Shown: piece after piece, positions 27,680-36,917 of the stretch
Numbering within the stretch: position 1 is the first letter of the stretch
How the letters are laid out: the number at the start of each line of letters is the position of its first letter
Origin: Christensenellales bacterium
GTDB lineage: Bacteria; Bacillota; Clostridia; Christensenellales; UBA1242
Direction of reading: 5' to 3'
Length of the DNA stretch: 54,983 nucleotides
Assembly: GCA_051889975.1 (NCBI GenBank)
Contig: JBJFDJ010000011.1
Span: forward strand, 1,573 to 56,555
Position numbers and translations under genes: made by a program
The notes under the pieces: model-generated
What the model was told of the DNA's origin: nothing
Database searches by the model: none
Seen by the model: only the letters and a program-made list of their open reading frames with translations

Positions 27680-28744
27680 ATGAAAGAAGTTTGTCGCGAA
27701 CTATCAAAAAACTTTTTGGAAGAACATAACAAAAAGTATGACATGAATGAAATCAAAGATTTTTTTGATTATGCAAAAAGTTTTTATGAAGATTTGGTGG
27801 TTGTTGATAGATATTACAAAAATGAGTTTAATTCCATAAGCCCATTGAACATTGCAAAATATTTAACTATATTTGACAATGCCTATAACAACATTGTTAA
27901 AACTTTTTTTGATGATATTGTTATGCAACAAATATTGAATGACAATTCAAAATATATGATTAAATGTGGCAGATTTAACCTTGATAAACTAATTGAAAAA
28001 TACAATGAAAACAAAAGTTTTAAGGATAAATTTAAGCATAAAATTTTAGATGAAGCAGAATATAAAAATATTATCAAATTGGCAAATATTATTTTTAAGT
28101 TGGAACTAAAATGCTCAAAATACACCAAAACATTTTGGCATTTTGGCAACAACATTGACTTAAAACAAGGTTTGTTTGTTAAGATAATTTCGCAAGAAAA
28201 TTGGAGAGAGTTAAAGCCAACCTTGTCCTTAAAAAAATACTTCAACTCTCGCATTGGGCTTTCTGTTTCATACATCAATGACAAAAAGAGCAAGTTTTTT
28301 AGAGATGACAAAATGGATATTTTGGCTGGCATTGTTTACAAGCCACAAGAAGTTATTTTTGGTAACTATTTTGACAGTTACACATCCGAGTTTATAGATG
28401 GCAAAAACCCAATTGACAATTTGAATTTTAGTTTTTCAAAAGTCAACAAACTTTACAGCAAAAAAATAAACGGCAAACTGCATGAAATTTATGCTTTTGG
28501 CACACTTACATCAACGCCACAAAGTGTTTTGATAAGTGATGATTGTCACAATGAAGTTGTAATTAACAAAAACTCGGCAAAGCCACTTGCAGTGTTTTAT
28601 TTAAACGAGCAAAGCAAACAATATGCACAAGAGCTTGCCAAAAAACTAAACTTACAAATTGTTAAACTAGAAAGTATGAACAAACTCAACCCAGATAAGA
28701 TTGTTAACACCGAACATATTTTGCAAGAAAAAATTCACTTTTAA
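27680..28744 (+). CDS. Hypothetical protein, no recognisable domain (orphan)
   Basis: This 354-aa ORF is long for an AT-rich genome and has its own consensus promoter and a terminator hairpin spanning its stop codon. The protein is Lys/Asn/Phe-rich and soluble, with no motif I can assign. Confidence 0.6.
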   Translation: MKEVCRELSKNFLEEHNKKYDMNEIKDFFDYAKSFYEDLVVVDRYYKNEFNSISPLNIAKYLTIFDNAYNNIVKTFFDDIVMQQILNDNSKYMIKCGRFNLDKLIEKYNENKSFKDKFKHKILDEAEYKNIIKLANIIFKLELKCSKYTKTFWHFGNNIDLKQGLFVKIISQENWRELKPTLSLKKYFNSRIGLSVSYINDKKSKFFRDDKMDILAGIVYKPQEVIFGNYFDSYTSEFIDGKNPIDNLNFSFSKVNKLYSKKINGKLHEIYAFGTLTSTPQSVLISDDCHNEVVINKNSAKPLAVFYLNEQSKQYAQELAKKLNLQIVKLESMNKLNPDKIVNTEHILQEKIHF

Positions 28745-28758
28745 ACAAGTGAATTTTT
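28729..28758. terminator. Bidirectional terminator between the convergent genes 27680-28744 and 28762-30159
   Basis: The perfect 12-bp inverted repeat aaaaattcactt / aagtgaattttt (28729-28740 / 28747-28758) has a 6-nt loop that contains the TAA stop. Confidence 0.7.
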
Positions 28759-28761
28759 AAT

Positions 28762-30159
28762 TTATTTTAAAAACAAATCTTTTTTGCGATTTAACATATC
28801 ATTTATTCGGGTTATATATGTTGGAATGTCTTTGACATTTGCTTCTCTTTCAATCCTATTTTCTAAATTGAATACTCGCTTTGAAATTGCATTGGCGCCA
28901 CATGCCAAGATGCTTGTTGTTTCTTCCATACTTTCAATGTTAAATCTGCAAATTGTGTCACCTTTAAAATATCCAACATTTTGCAAGTTGGAAAGTTGAT
29001 TTTTTTGTCTGTAAAGATAATATGGCTTATAGCCATTTTTTGTTAGAGTTTTGTGTGCATATTCAACCATTTTTTCGGCGAGTGTTGTCTTAAAGATGTT
29101 TTCGTTTGTAAGTGCAAACTCGCTTGTATTTTTTAAGCTTAAAGTGTGAACAGTTATGTTTTGTGGATTTAAGCCAACAGCAATGTCAATGCTATTTTTA
29201 AAACTCTTTAAGGTTTCTGTTGGCAAGCCGGCAATAAAGTCCATATTTATATCAAAATCATAAGTTTTTGCCAAATTGTAGGCGTTTATGGCGTCTTGCG
29301 CAGAGTGTGAACGACCAATTTTTGCAAGCACTTTGTCATTGAACGTTTGTGGATTAACGCTAATACGCGTTACGCCATACTTTTTAAGTAAATCAAGTTT
29401 TTCTTTTGTGATGGTGTCTGGTCTGCCTGCCTCAACAGTGAACTCTTTTGCATAAGGAAAATTTAAATTTTGCAAAATTCGTTCAAGTTCGTTTTCTGGC
29501 AATGATGTTGGCGTGCCACCACCAATGTAAATGTTTTTAACAAACAAACATTTTTTTCTTATTATTTGTTTGGCAAAGTCAATTTCTTTTAACAAGGCGT
29601 CAACATAAGGTGTTACATAGTTTTTAACTTTTTCTAGTGGCGCAGAAATAAAACTACAATAACTGCACTTTGTTGTGCAAAATGGAATGTTAACATAAAA
29701 ATCAACATAGTTGTCGTTATATTCCATTGGCTTTTGATTTTGCAAAATGTCGGTTATTAAATTTATTTTTTCATCACTAACTCTATAATTATTTTTAAAA
29801 TAACTTTTTAAATTTGCAAGTTTTATGCCCTTTTTTATTAGGTCATAGGCAAGTTTTGTTGGTCTTATGCCAGTTAAACAGCCCCAAGGAAGTGAGATGT
29901 TAAAATAGTTTGAAAGGGCGTCATAAAGGGCAAGTTTACACCTTTTTTTTGGCGTTTCTATTTGTGTTAAATCATAAGTTAAATCATAGTGCTTTTCGCC
30001 ATTTTGGGCATTTATGTCAATAGATATTTCAAGTTTGTCATTTGCAGTTTTGTAATTTGCTTTTATAACTGCTGTGTTATCAATGCTTGCAGGAAAAAAC
30101 TCTCGTGCCATATCAAAAAACTCATATTGATATTCGTAATTGTTTAAAAGTATTTCCAT
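28762..30159 (-). CDS. Radical SAM protein, HemN/HemZ-like (coproporphyrinogen dehydrogenase family)
   Basis: The CxxxCxxC motif CTTKCSYCSF, a GGGTPT glycine-rich block, an N-terminal extra domain and the 465-aa length fit the HemZ subgroup. It is immediately downstream of relA. Confidence 0.7.
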   Translation of the reverse strand: MEILLNNYEYQYEFFDMAREFFPASIDNTAVIKANYKTANDKLEISIDINAQNGEKHYDLTYDLTQIETPKKRCKLALYDALSNYFNISLPWGCLTGIRPTKLAYDLIKKGIKLANLKSYFKNNYRVSDEKINLITDILQNQKPMEYNDNYVDFYVNIPFCTTKCSYCSFISAPLEKVKNYVTPYVDALLKEIDFAKQIIRKKCLFVKNIYIGGGTPTSLPENELERILQNLNFPYAKEFTVEAGRPDTITKEKLDLLKKYGVTRISVNPQTFNDKVLAKIGRSHSAQDAINAYNLAKTYDFDINMDFIAGLPTETLKSFKNSIDIAVGLNPQNITVHTLSLKNTSEFALTNENIFKTTLAEKMVEYAHKTLTKNGYKPYYLYRQKNQLSNLQNVGYFKGDTICRFNIESMEETTSILACGANAISKRVFNLENRIEREANVKDIPTYITRINDMLNRKKDLFLK

Positions 30160-32268
30160 TTAGTTTTCTCCCCTATAAATTTCCAAAACATTATCAAGTG
30201 CCTGCAATTTTGCAACAACTTCATCTAACTTTTTTGTGTTTGATATGAATATGCTAACATCAACAATTGCCTTGCCAAGTTTAAGTGGTTTTGAGTCAAT
30301 TTTTGCAATGTTAAGTTTTTGTTCACTGATTTTGTTAATTATGCTTGCAAGACTGCCACTTGCATCTTTTACAATAAGCCTTAATTTTGCAACATAAGTT
30401 GTGTCTGATTGGTCACTCCACGTTAACGGCATCAAACGAGATTGTTCCAAAGATTTTATGGATTTGCAATCTTTTCGGTGTATTGTAACGCCTCTGCCAC
30501 GGCTTATAAAGCCAACAATTTCATCCCCGGGAATTGGGTCGCAACAGTGCGCAAATTTTAGCATCATACTTTCCAGTTCGGCAATACTGCTTTTGTCTGG
30601 CTCTTTTTTTGTAAAAGTTGAAGGCTTTATAACAAAATCTTTTTCAACCTTGTTTACTTCTTCATAATTTAAAATAAGTCTGTTTATAACCTGCGTTGTT
30701 GTAAGACTGCCCGAGCCAATCATTGCATACATATCTTCTATGTTTTTTAATGAATATCTATCTAACAGATAAACAATTAATTTGTCGTCAATTAATTCCT
30801 TAAGGTCAACACCTTTAACTTTGGCACTTTGCTCTAACATCAATTTGCCCTTTTTGATGTTTTCATCACGCATTTCCTTTTTAAAAAATGCATTGATTTT
30901 GTTTTTTGCACCACTTGTAACTGCAATTTTCAACCAGTCCCTTGATGGTCCTTTTGCATTTGCGCTTGTTATGATTTCAACAATATCGCCATTGTTTAGT
31001 TTGGTGTTGAGTGGCACCATTTTGCCATTTACTTTTGCGCCAACACATTTGTTGCCAATGTTGCTATGAATTACATAGGCAAAATCAATTGGAGTGCTGT
31101 CTTCTGGCAAGTTTATAATTTTGCCCATTGGCGACTGAACAAAAATTTCTCCATCATACACATTTGATTTTAAAAGAGTTATTATGTCTTGCGCATTTGT
31201 TAAGTTAGGGTTTTCTAACATCTTTTTAATAGAAATTAATCTATCGTCTAAATTGTTAATTTTTTTCTTGTGCTCTTTGTATAAAAAGTGGGCAGCAATA
31301 CCATATTCGGCATGCAAATGCATATCGTGTGTTCTAATTTGAATTTCAAGTGGTTTGCCATCAATTAAAACAGTTGTGTGCAAACTTTGATAGCCATTTG
31401 CCTTTGGCTTTGCAATGTAGTCTTTAAATCTGCCATCAATTGGCTGATATTTTGTGTGCACAACACCAAGCACCGAATAGCATTCGTTTATGCTGTCAAC
31501 CAAAATTCTTATTGCAGACAAATCATAAATTCCATCCAATTTATAATTTTTTTGTTTTATCTTGTTAAATACACTGCTTACATGCTTTAATCTGCCATAC
31601 ACTTCGCCATTTATTTTAAGTTCTGCAAGCAACGACTTAATTTCTTCAATTGTGTGTTCAATTTGTTTTTTGCGTTCTTCCTGCCCTTCGGCAAGTTCTT
31701 TCATAAGTTTTTTGTAGTCGTTTGGTTGTGTGTAAGATAAGTCCAAATCCTGCAATTCGCTTTTTATGTAACTTATGCCCAAACGACTTGCAAGTGGAAC
31801 ATATATGTCAACAATGTCTTTGTGCAATTTTGATTTTTCGCTGTCTGTTAACCGTTTTAAATGCCTTGCATTGTTTAGGGCGTCTGCAAGCTTTAAAATG
31901 ATGACGCGAATGTCTTTTGCCATTGCAACAAGCATACTTCTAACATCTTCAACATTGGCATCATCACCCAAATTTATTGCCTCTATTTTTAAAACCGTGT
32001 TTGCAAGCTCCAGCGCACTTTGATAGTCAGCAAACTGAGTTTCGTCTAACTGATTTTTTCTTAACAACGGCAAAATTATGCCAGCAAAAATCATATCATA
32101 ATCCAATTCTAGTGGAAAGATTATAACTGTGTTTTGCAAGCCAAAGTCTAAGAGTTCCAACTGCTCGTCACTTTTGCACAATGACAAAACTTTGTCATAG
32201 AACTCTTTTACAACATCAAAGTTTTCTTTTGGCAAACGCTCTTTTGCCAAATCTAAAAAATTTTGCAC
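30160..32268 (-). CDS. relA: RelA/SpoT-family (p)ppGpp synthetase with a degenerate hydrolase domain
   Basis: The synthetase core is intact (GRLKHVSSVFNKI, RFKDYIAKPKANGYQSLHTTV, EIQIRTHDMH). TGS, a Cys-rich zinc-finger region (HCCDPIPGD...HRKDC) and a C-terminal ACT domain are present. The HD residues are replaced (see findings). The start is GTG with AGGAGG upstream. Confidence 0.9.
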   Translation of the reverse strand: MQNFLDLAKERLPKENFDVVKEFYDKVLSLCKSDEQLELLDFGLQNTVIIFPLELDYDMIFAGIILPLLRKNQLDETQFADYQSALELANTVLKIEAINLGDDANVEDVRSMLVAMAKDIRVIILKLADALNNARHLKRLTDSEKSKLHKDIVDIYVPLASRLGISYIKSELQDLDLSYTQPNDYKKLMKELAEGQEERKKQIEHTIEEIKSLLAELKINGEVYGRLKHVSSVFNKIKQKNYKLDGIYDLSAIRILVDSINECYSVLGVVHTKYQPIDGRFKDYIAKPKANGYQSLHTTVLIDGKPLEIQIRTHDMHLHAEYGIAAHFLYKEHKKKINNLDDRLISIKKMLENPNLTNAQDIITLLKSNVYDGEIFVQSPMGKIINLPEDSTPIDFAYVIHSNIGNKCVGAKVNGKMVPLNTKLNNGDIVEIITSANAKGPSRDWLKIAVTSGAKNKINAFFKKEMRDENIKKGKLMLEQSAKVKGVDLKELIDDKLIVYLLDRYSLKNIEDMYAMIGSGSLTTTQVINRLILNYEEVNKVEKDFVIKPSTFTKKEPDKSSIAELESMMLKFAHCCDPIPGDEIVGFISRGRGVTIHRKDCKSIKSLEQSRLMPLTWSDQSDTTYVAKLRLIVKDASGSLASIINKISEQKLNIAKIDSKPLKLGKAIVDVSIFISNTKKLDEVVAKLQALDNVLEIYRGEN

Positions 32269-32276
32269 AACGCCTC

Positions 32277-34640
32277 CTACTTAATTTTTTGCACTAATCT
32301 AATTTTGTTGTATAAATTGCTGTTTTCTAAACTGCTTTTCATTTGTTCGTCAATTTCAACCACATAGCCAAATTGTGTGCTCTTTTTAAGAACGCCAATT
32401 TCAAAAAACACATACAAGCAAAACACAAACTGGCTGTAACTCATATTTTTTAAATTTGGATACAACTCTTTTATGTTTTTAAACAGGTCAAGTTCAGACG
32501 CATAAGCTATGTTGTTTTTTATAATGCCCTTTATGGCATTGAAAACAAGCCCAAAATAACTGTGTTCTGTGTTTAGATATTCAAGTTCATAAATTGCATC
32601 GCTTACGGCATAGACATTGCCCTCAAAGTTTTGCAAAAACGACCTTGTAAGCAAGCCGTCCAAAAAGACAAGGTTTTTATAGTTTGACAAGTCCAAAATT
32701 TCATCAAGTGCAAAAATAACACAATTTTCTGCAAATTTGCTTTGGCTTGCCCCAACATAATAGTTTAAATTATAATACTTTAAAACATCTTTTAACAAAT
32801 CAAAAGTCTTGTAGTTATCAATGATGATTGCAGTGCCACAAATATCTTGCAAAAGGTTGTTTAAAACATCTTTTGTTTGACTTTGCTTAAAAAACTTTAT
32901 GTCTTTTTGCGTGTCTTTTTCGTTGTATAGTTGTTTTAATTTTCTGCCATTTGCAACGTGTTGAAATTTTTGATTTATGCCAGCAAAATTTGAATATTTA
33001 ACAAGGCCTTTAACATACTCTTTGCCCTTAAATTCATTTATTTGCATTTCAAAAATGCTTTGTTTTTGTTTTGTGTAAAGATAATCGTCAAAATATTCTG
33101 CTGAGTTGAAATGTATTAACTTTAACTCATTGTTTGCAACAATGCTTAAATGCTCATTAAAATTTGCTAATTTTGTAACCTTGCAATCTTCATAGGTTAT
33201 CAAAAATTGAGGCATTGGATTGTCGCAACCAAAAGGCTCTAAAAGTTCAAGTTCTTTGGCAAATTTTAAAGTGATATCTTCTGCGTTTATCTCAACATCA
33301 TAAGACTTTATTGGCAAATAGTCTTCTTTGGTTGTGTTGTTGTTTAAATAATCAAACACAAGGCTAATAAAACTTTCATAATTGCTTACATGCAAGCCCA
33401 GTCCTGCAGCCATGCTATGACCACCAAAAGTGTCTAAAATTTCACTGCAACAAGTGAGCAAAGTGTGAATGTTTATGTTGCCAAAACTACGAACACTGCC
33501 CTTTAACTGGTCGTCAACTTGACTAAACAAAAACACAGGCTTGCAAAAATCGTCAACAAGCCTTGCACATGCAATGCCCAAAAGTCCACTGTCCCATTTG
33601 TCACTTTTTAAAATTATTGCCTTGTTTTCAAACAACTTATTTTCTTTGATTTGTTGCAAGCATTCGGTGTAAATGCTTTGAGACAACATCTGCCTTTGTG
33701 CATTTTGTTCAAGCAATGTTTTTAACGAATTGCTAACCAAATTGCTGTCGTCACTGATAAACAAATCAAGCGCAGTGTAAGCATTTCCCATCCTGCCACC
33801 AGCGTTTAATCTTGGAGCTATTTTAAAAGAAATTGCTTGGCTGTTTATTGTGTTAATTTTTAAGTTTTTTGCAAGTTTTTTTATGCCAATTGGCAAGTTT
33901 TTTTGCAGATCTAACCCTAATTTAACAATGCTTCTGTTTTCGTCAACCAGTGGAACAATGTCACTTACAGTTGCAATTGCACAAATTGGAAGATATTCAC
34001 TTAAACCATTATTGCCCACAAAAGATTGCACAACTTTTAAGGCAACACCTGCCCCACACAAGCCGTTAAATCCATAGTTTTGATTTGGCAATTTTGGGTC
34101 AACAACAACAGTGTTTGGCAAGACTTCTGCTGGTTCGTGGTGGTCGGTTATAATAATATCTATGTTTTGCGACTTAACAAAGTCCACTTCATTTGCACAT
34201 GAAATGCCACAGTCAACAGTGATTATCAGTTCCGGTTTAAATTTTTCTATCACTTTTTTTGCACTGTCGGTTGTTAGCCCATAGCCATCAACATATCTGT
34301 TTGGCAAAAAATAATTTAAGTTTGTTATTTTGTCTTTTAAAAACTTATACAAAATTGTAACGGCGCTTATGCCATCGACATCATAGTCGCCATAAATTAG
34401 CACGCTTTGATTTTTGTCAATTGCCTGTTGCAAACGGTCGTGGCATTCCTTCATGCCTTGTAGCAAAAATGGGTTCCTTAAATCCTGGAGACTAGGATGC
34501 AAAAAAGAATGCAATTTTTGGTCTGTATCTATGCCCCGTTGCATTAAGATTTGCGATGTTTTAAAACATAAAGAATGCCTTTGGGCAAAATCTTTTATTT
34601 CATTAACACCATTAAAATTTGGTATTGACTTAAATATCAT
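32277..34640 (-). CDS. recJ: Single-stranded-DNA-specific exonuclease RecJ
   Basis: DHH motifs are present (IYGDYDVDGISA, ITVDCGI, IIITDHH), followed by DHHA1 (GGHSMAAG). The ATG at 34640 has AAAGGA upstream. The ORF track extends to 34670 (GTG). Confidence 0.9.
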   Translation of the reverse strand: MIFKSIPNFNGVNEIKDFAQRHSLCFKTSQILMQRGIDTDQKLHSFLHPSLQDLRNPFLLQGMKECHDRLQQAIDKNQSVLIYGDYDVDGISAVTILYKFLKDKITNLNYFLPNRYVDGYGLTTDSAKKVIEKFKPELIITVDCGISCANEVDFVKSQNIDIIITDHHEPAEVLPNTVVVDPKLPNQNYGFNGLCGAGVALKVVQSFVGNNGLSEYLPICAIATVSDIVPLVDENRSIVKLGLDLQKNLPIGIKKLAKNLKINTINSQAISFKIAPRLNAGGRMGNAYTALDLFISDDSNLVSNSLKTLLEQNAQRQMLSQSIYTECLQQIKENKLFENKAIILKSDKWDSGLLGIACARLVDDFCKPVFLFSQVDDQLKGSVRSFGNINIHTLLTCCSEILDTFGGHSMAAGLGLHVSNYESFISLVFDYLNNNTTKEDYLPIKSYDVEINAEDITLKFAKELELLEPFGCDNPMPQFLITYEDCKVTKLANFNEHLSIVANNELKLIHFNSAEYFDDYLYTKQKQSIFEMQINEFKGKEYVKGLVKYSNFAGINQKFQHVANGRKLKQLYNEKDTQKDIKFFKQSQTKDVLNNLLQDICGTAIIIDNYKTFDLLKDVLKYYNLNYYVGASQSKFAENCVIFALDEILDLSNYKNLVFLDGLLTRSFLQNFEGNVYAVSDAIYELEYLNTEHSYFGLVFNAIKGIIKNNIAYASELDLFKNIKELYPNLKNMSYSQFVFCLYVFFEIGVLKKSTQFGYVVEIDEQMKSSLENSNLYNKIRLVQKIK

Positions 34641-34703
34641 ATTTTTTCCTTTATAAAAAAGATATGGCACTTGTGAGCCATATCTAAAACAAAATTTTAT
34701 ATT

Positions 34704-35480
34704 TTATTGATTGTTTTCTTCTTTTATATTTTGTTCAATATTTGCTCCGTCTTGTAAATTTTCTTCAATAGGATTTTCTTGTGCTTCTGCTTTTTCTTTC
34801 AAACTATCTTGTTGAGCCATTTTTTCGCTTTCAGATTTTTTATATGTTTTTGCCTTTTTCTTGCTGTGAATTTTGGTTGACATATAGCATAGCACTGGTG
34901 ATTGAATTGTGAGATATGTGTAAACAATTACAGCCATCATAACCAAAAATTCTCTAACCAAATCAAACATACTTTGACTTGTGATAATCAAGCCCAAAAG
35001 CAAAACTGCCACAAAGGTGATTGAAGTAAAAAACACAACTTTTGAATGTTCTTTTAACGAATTTTTTATCATTTCGTTTTTATCACTTTTTGAACTGATA
35101 TCTTTGATTGATTGTGAAGACAAAAGTGCAAACAAGGTTGAAATTGCAACAAGCAAAATGTAACCCATAACAATGCTTTCAGAAACAGGAACTCTTAACA
35201 AAACAATGAGTGCTGTTGAAAGCAAAACGTTGTTTGCAACAATCAAAACAATGCTAAAAGCCTTTGCAAAACTTGTTGTAAAACCAACAAACAAGAAAAT
35301 TGCAATCAAGGACAAAAGCACACTCATAACACAACTAAACAGCAAATTGCCAGCAACTATTGAAGTGTTGTAGTTAACGCCAAAAATGATACCAATAACA
35401 AGCGCCAAAACATCAACAACAGCATTTGCAATTAAAAAGTAAACCGAATTTTTGTAAAAATCAAACTTATTTAAGTTCAT
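34704..35480 (-). CDS. secF: SecF-like membrane protein (divergent, no periplasmic domain)
   Basis: The protein has six TM helices. The C-terminal half aligns by eye to SecF (NSLKEHSKVVFFTSITF..., YTYLTIQSPVL against the TS-TT and YSS-AsP blocks). It overlaps secD by 14 nt, and the order secD-secF-recJ-relA supports the call. Confidence 0.5.
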   Translation of the reverse strand: MNLNKFDFYKNSVYFLIANAVVDVLALVIGIIFGVNYNTSIVAGNLLFSCVMSVLLSLIAIFLFVGFTTSFAKAFSIVLIVANNVLLSTALIVLLRVPVSESIVMGYILLVAISTLFALLSSQSIKDISSKSDKNEMIKNSLKEHSKVVFFTSITFVAVLLLGLIITSQSMFDLVREFLVMMAVIVYTYLTIQSPVLCYMSTKIHSKKKAKTYKKSESEKMAQQDSLKEKAEAQENPIEENLQDGANIEQNIKEENNQ

Positions 35481-36735
35481 TTACATGCGCCTCCCTTGTA
35501 AAACCATAATCTTTGTTTTTGAATGTGATGTTTGTAAGCCATCTTGTAAAAAATCTTGTAAATAACAATGTGCAAAGTGCATAAACACCAAGGCCACAAA
35601 TAAGTGCCATTGCAAAGTGTTTAACCAAATATGCGCCAAAGAAATATGTTATTATGCTTGGGAATAACATTACAATGAACATAGTTAAAATCAACTTCCA
35701 AATTTTGTCATAGCCAAATTTGACACTTGCAGTTAAAATTTTGCCAAGTTTATACTCTTTGCTCATGTTGTTTAACATCAAATAAATTGAAATTGTGCCA
35801 ACAATCATACAAATTAAACTTGCAAACAAAGATGGACCTGTTAAAACAAAAATTGGAACTGCTTGCAAAAGCACAATTTGTGCAAGCACAGAAATTAACA
35901 AAACCAAACTTCCAACAAGACCAAGTTTTTTAAATCTTATGCAAAGAATTGCAACGCAAACTGTAAACAAAACAACAGTTAACAAAATTGCAACAACAAC
36001 ATTTTTTTGTGCGTCTTGCTGGTCAAATGTTTCAACTGAAGTTTGAGTGTAACTTGCACTATACTTTGATGACATTGCTTCGTTTGCATAGTAGTTTGCT
36101 TTGTCAACATCGCCAACTGTCATGCCCAAATAATTTTGATTTATTTCAGAACTGTAACTCATTGGTATTTCTGCGTCACCAAAATCAAAGTAAAGCGTTC
36201 CACTGCCACTGCTTGTTAAACTTGCAAGTTTTTCTTGTCCTTCGGTTGTAAAAAATATAAACAACACTCCACCTTGCTCGTTTGTTGCATAGGCATTTGT
36301 AACCATACTTGCATTTATGGCAACTTCGGCGTCATCTCCACTTGTGCTTTTGATTGCAAATTTTGGCTTTGTGTTAACAATTTCATTTATGCTAATTGGA
36401 TTGTATTCGCCCTTGAGTTCAACAACAATTTCACTGCCGTTGTCATAAACATTTGCATCATATGAATTGTTTTTTAACAAAGTTTTAATGCGACCGGTGC
36501 TATAAGACAAGCCACCATTGAATATATTTGTTTCATTGCTGTCATTGTTAACCTTAAAGTGATAAACTGTGCCACCTTGATACTCAATGCCCAAATTTAT
36601 AGCCCTTGCAAAGCCCATAAAGTCATAGTCAAACTGAGCGCCCGGCAAGGCAAAACTAAATATAGTTAAGCAAAGAAAAACAGCACATATTAAAGATATA
36701 ATAACAAACTTGACGATTGAATGCTTTTTTCTCAT
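35467..36735 (-). CDS. secD: SecD-like protein-export membrane protein (divergent)
   Basis: TM1 is followed by an INLGIEYQGG block (Sec_GG-like), a large extracytoplasmic domain and five C-terminal TM helices ending GAYLVKHFAMALICGLG...LLFTR, like SecD. Confidence 0.6.
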   Translation of the reverse strand: MRKKHSIVKFVIISLICAVFLCLTIFSFALPGAQFDYDFMGFARAINLGIEYQGGTVYHFKVNNDSNETNIFNGGLSYSTGRIKTLLKNNSYDANVYDNGSEIVVELKGEYNPISINEIVNTKPKFAIKSTSGDDAEVAINASMVTNAYATNEQGGVLFIFFTTEGQEKLASLTSSGSGTLYFDFGDAEIPMSYSSEINQNYLGMTVGDVDKANYYANEAMSSKYSASYTQTSVETFDQQDAQKNVVVAILLTVVLFTVCVAILCIRFKKLGLVGSLVLLISVLAQIVLLQAVPIFVLTGPSLFASLICMIVGTISIYLMLNNMSKEYKLGKILTASVKFGYDKIWKLILTMFIVMLFPSIITYFFGAYLVKHFAMALICGLGVYALCTLLFTRFFTRWLTNITFKNKDYGFTREAHVNELK

Positions 36736-36917
36736 TTTTAGTAAATTCTCCTTAAACTATTGTTAATTATATAATAATAAATGTTAATTAGTCAAACAAT
36801 TAAACTTAAATAAATATTTACATAATAACAAATTTTATAATGTTTTTAAAATTATTTGCCTGCAAAATTTTCATAATTGCAAAATTGCAAGCATAACTTA
36901 AAATAAAGGAGATAAAA

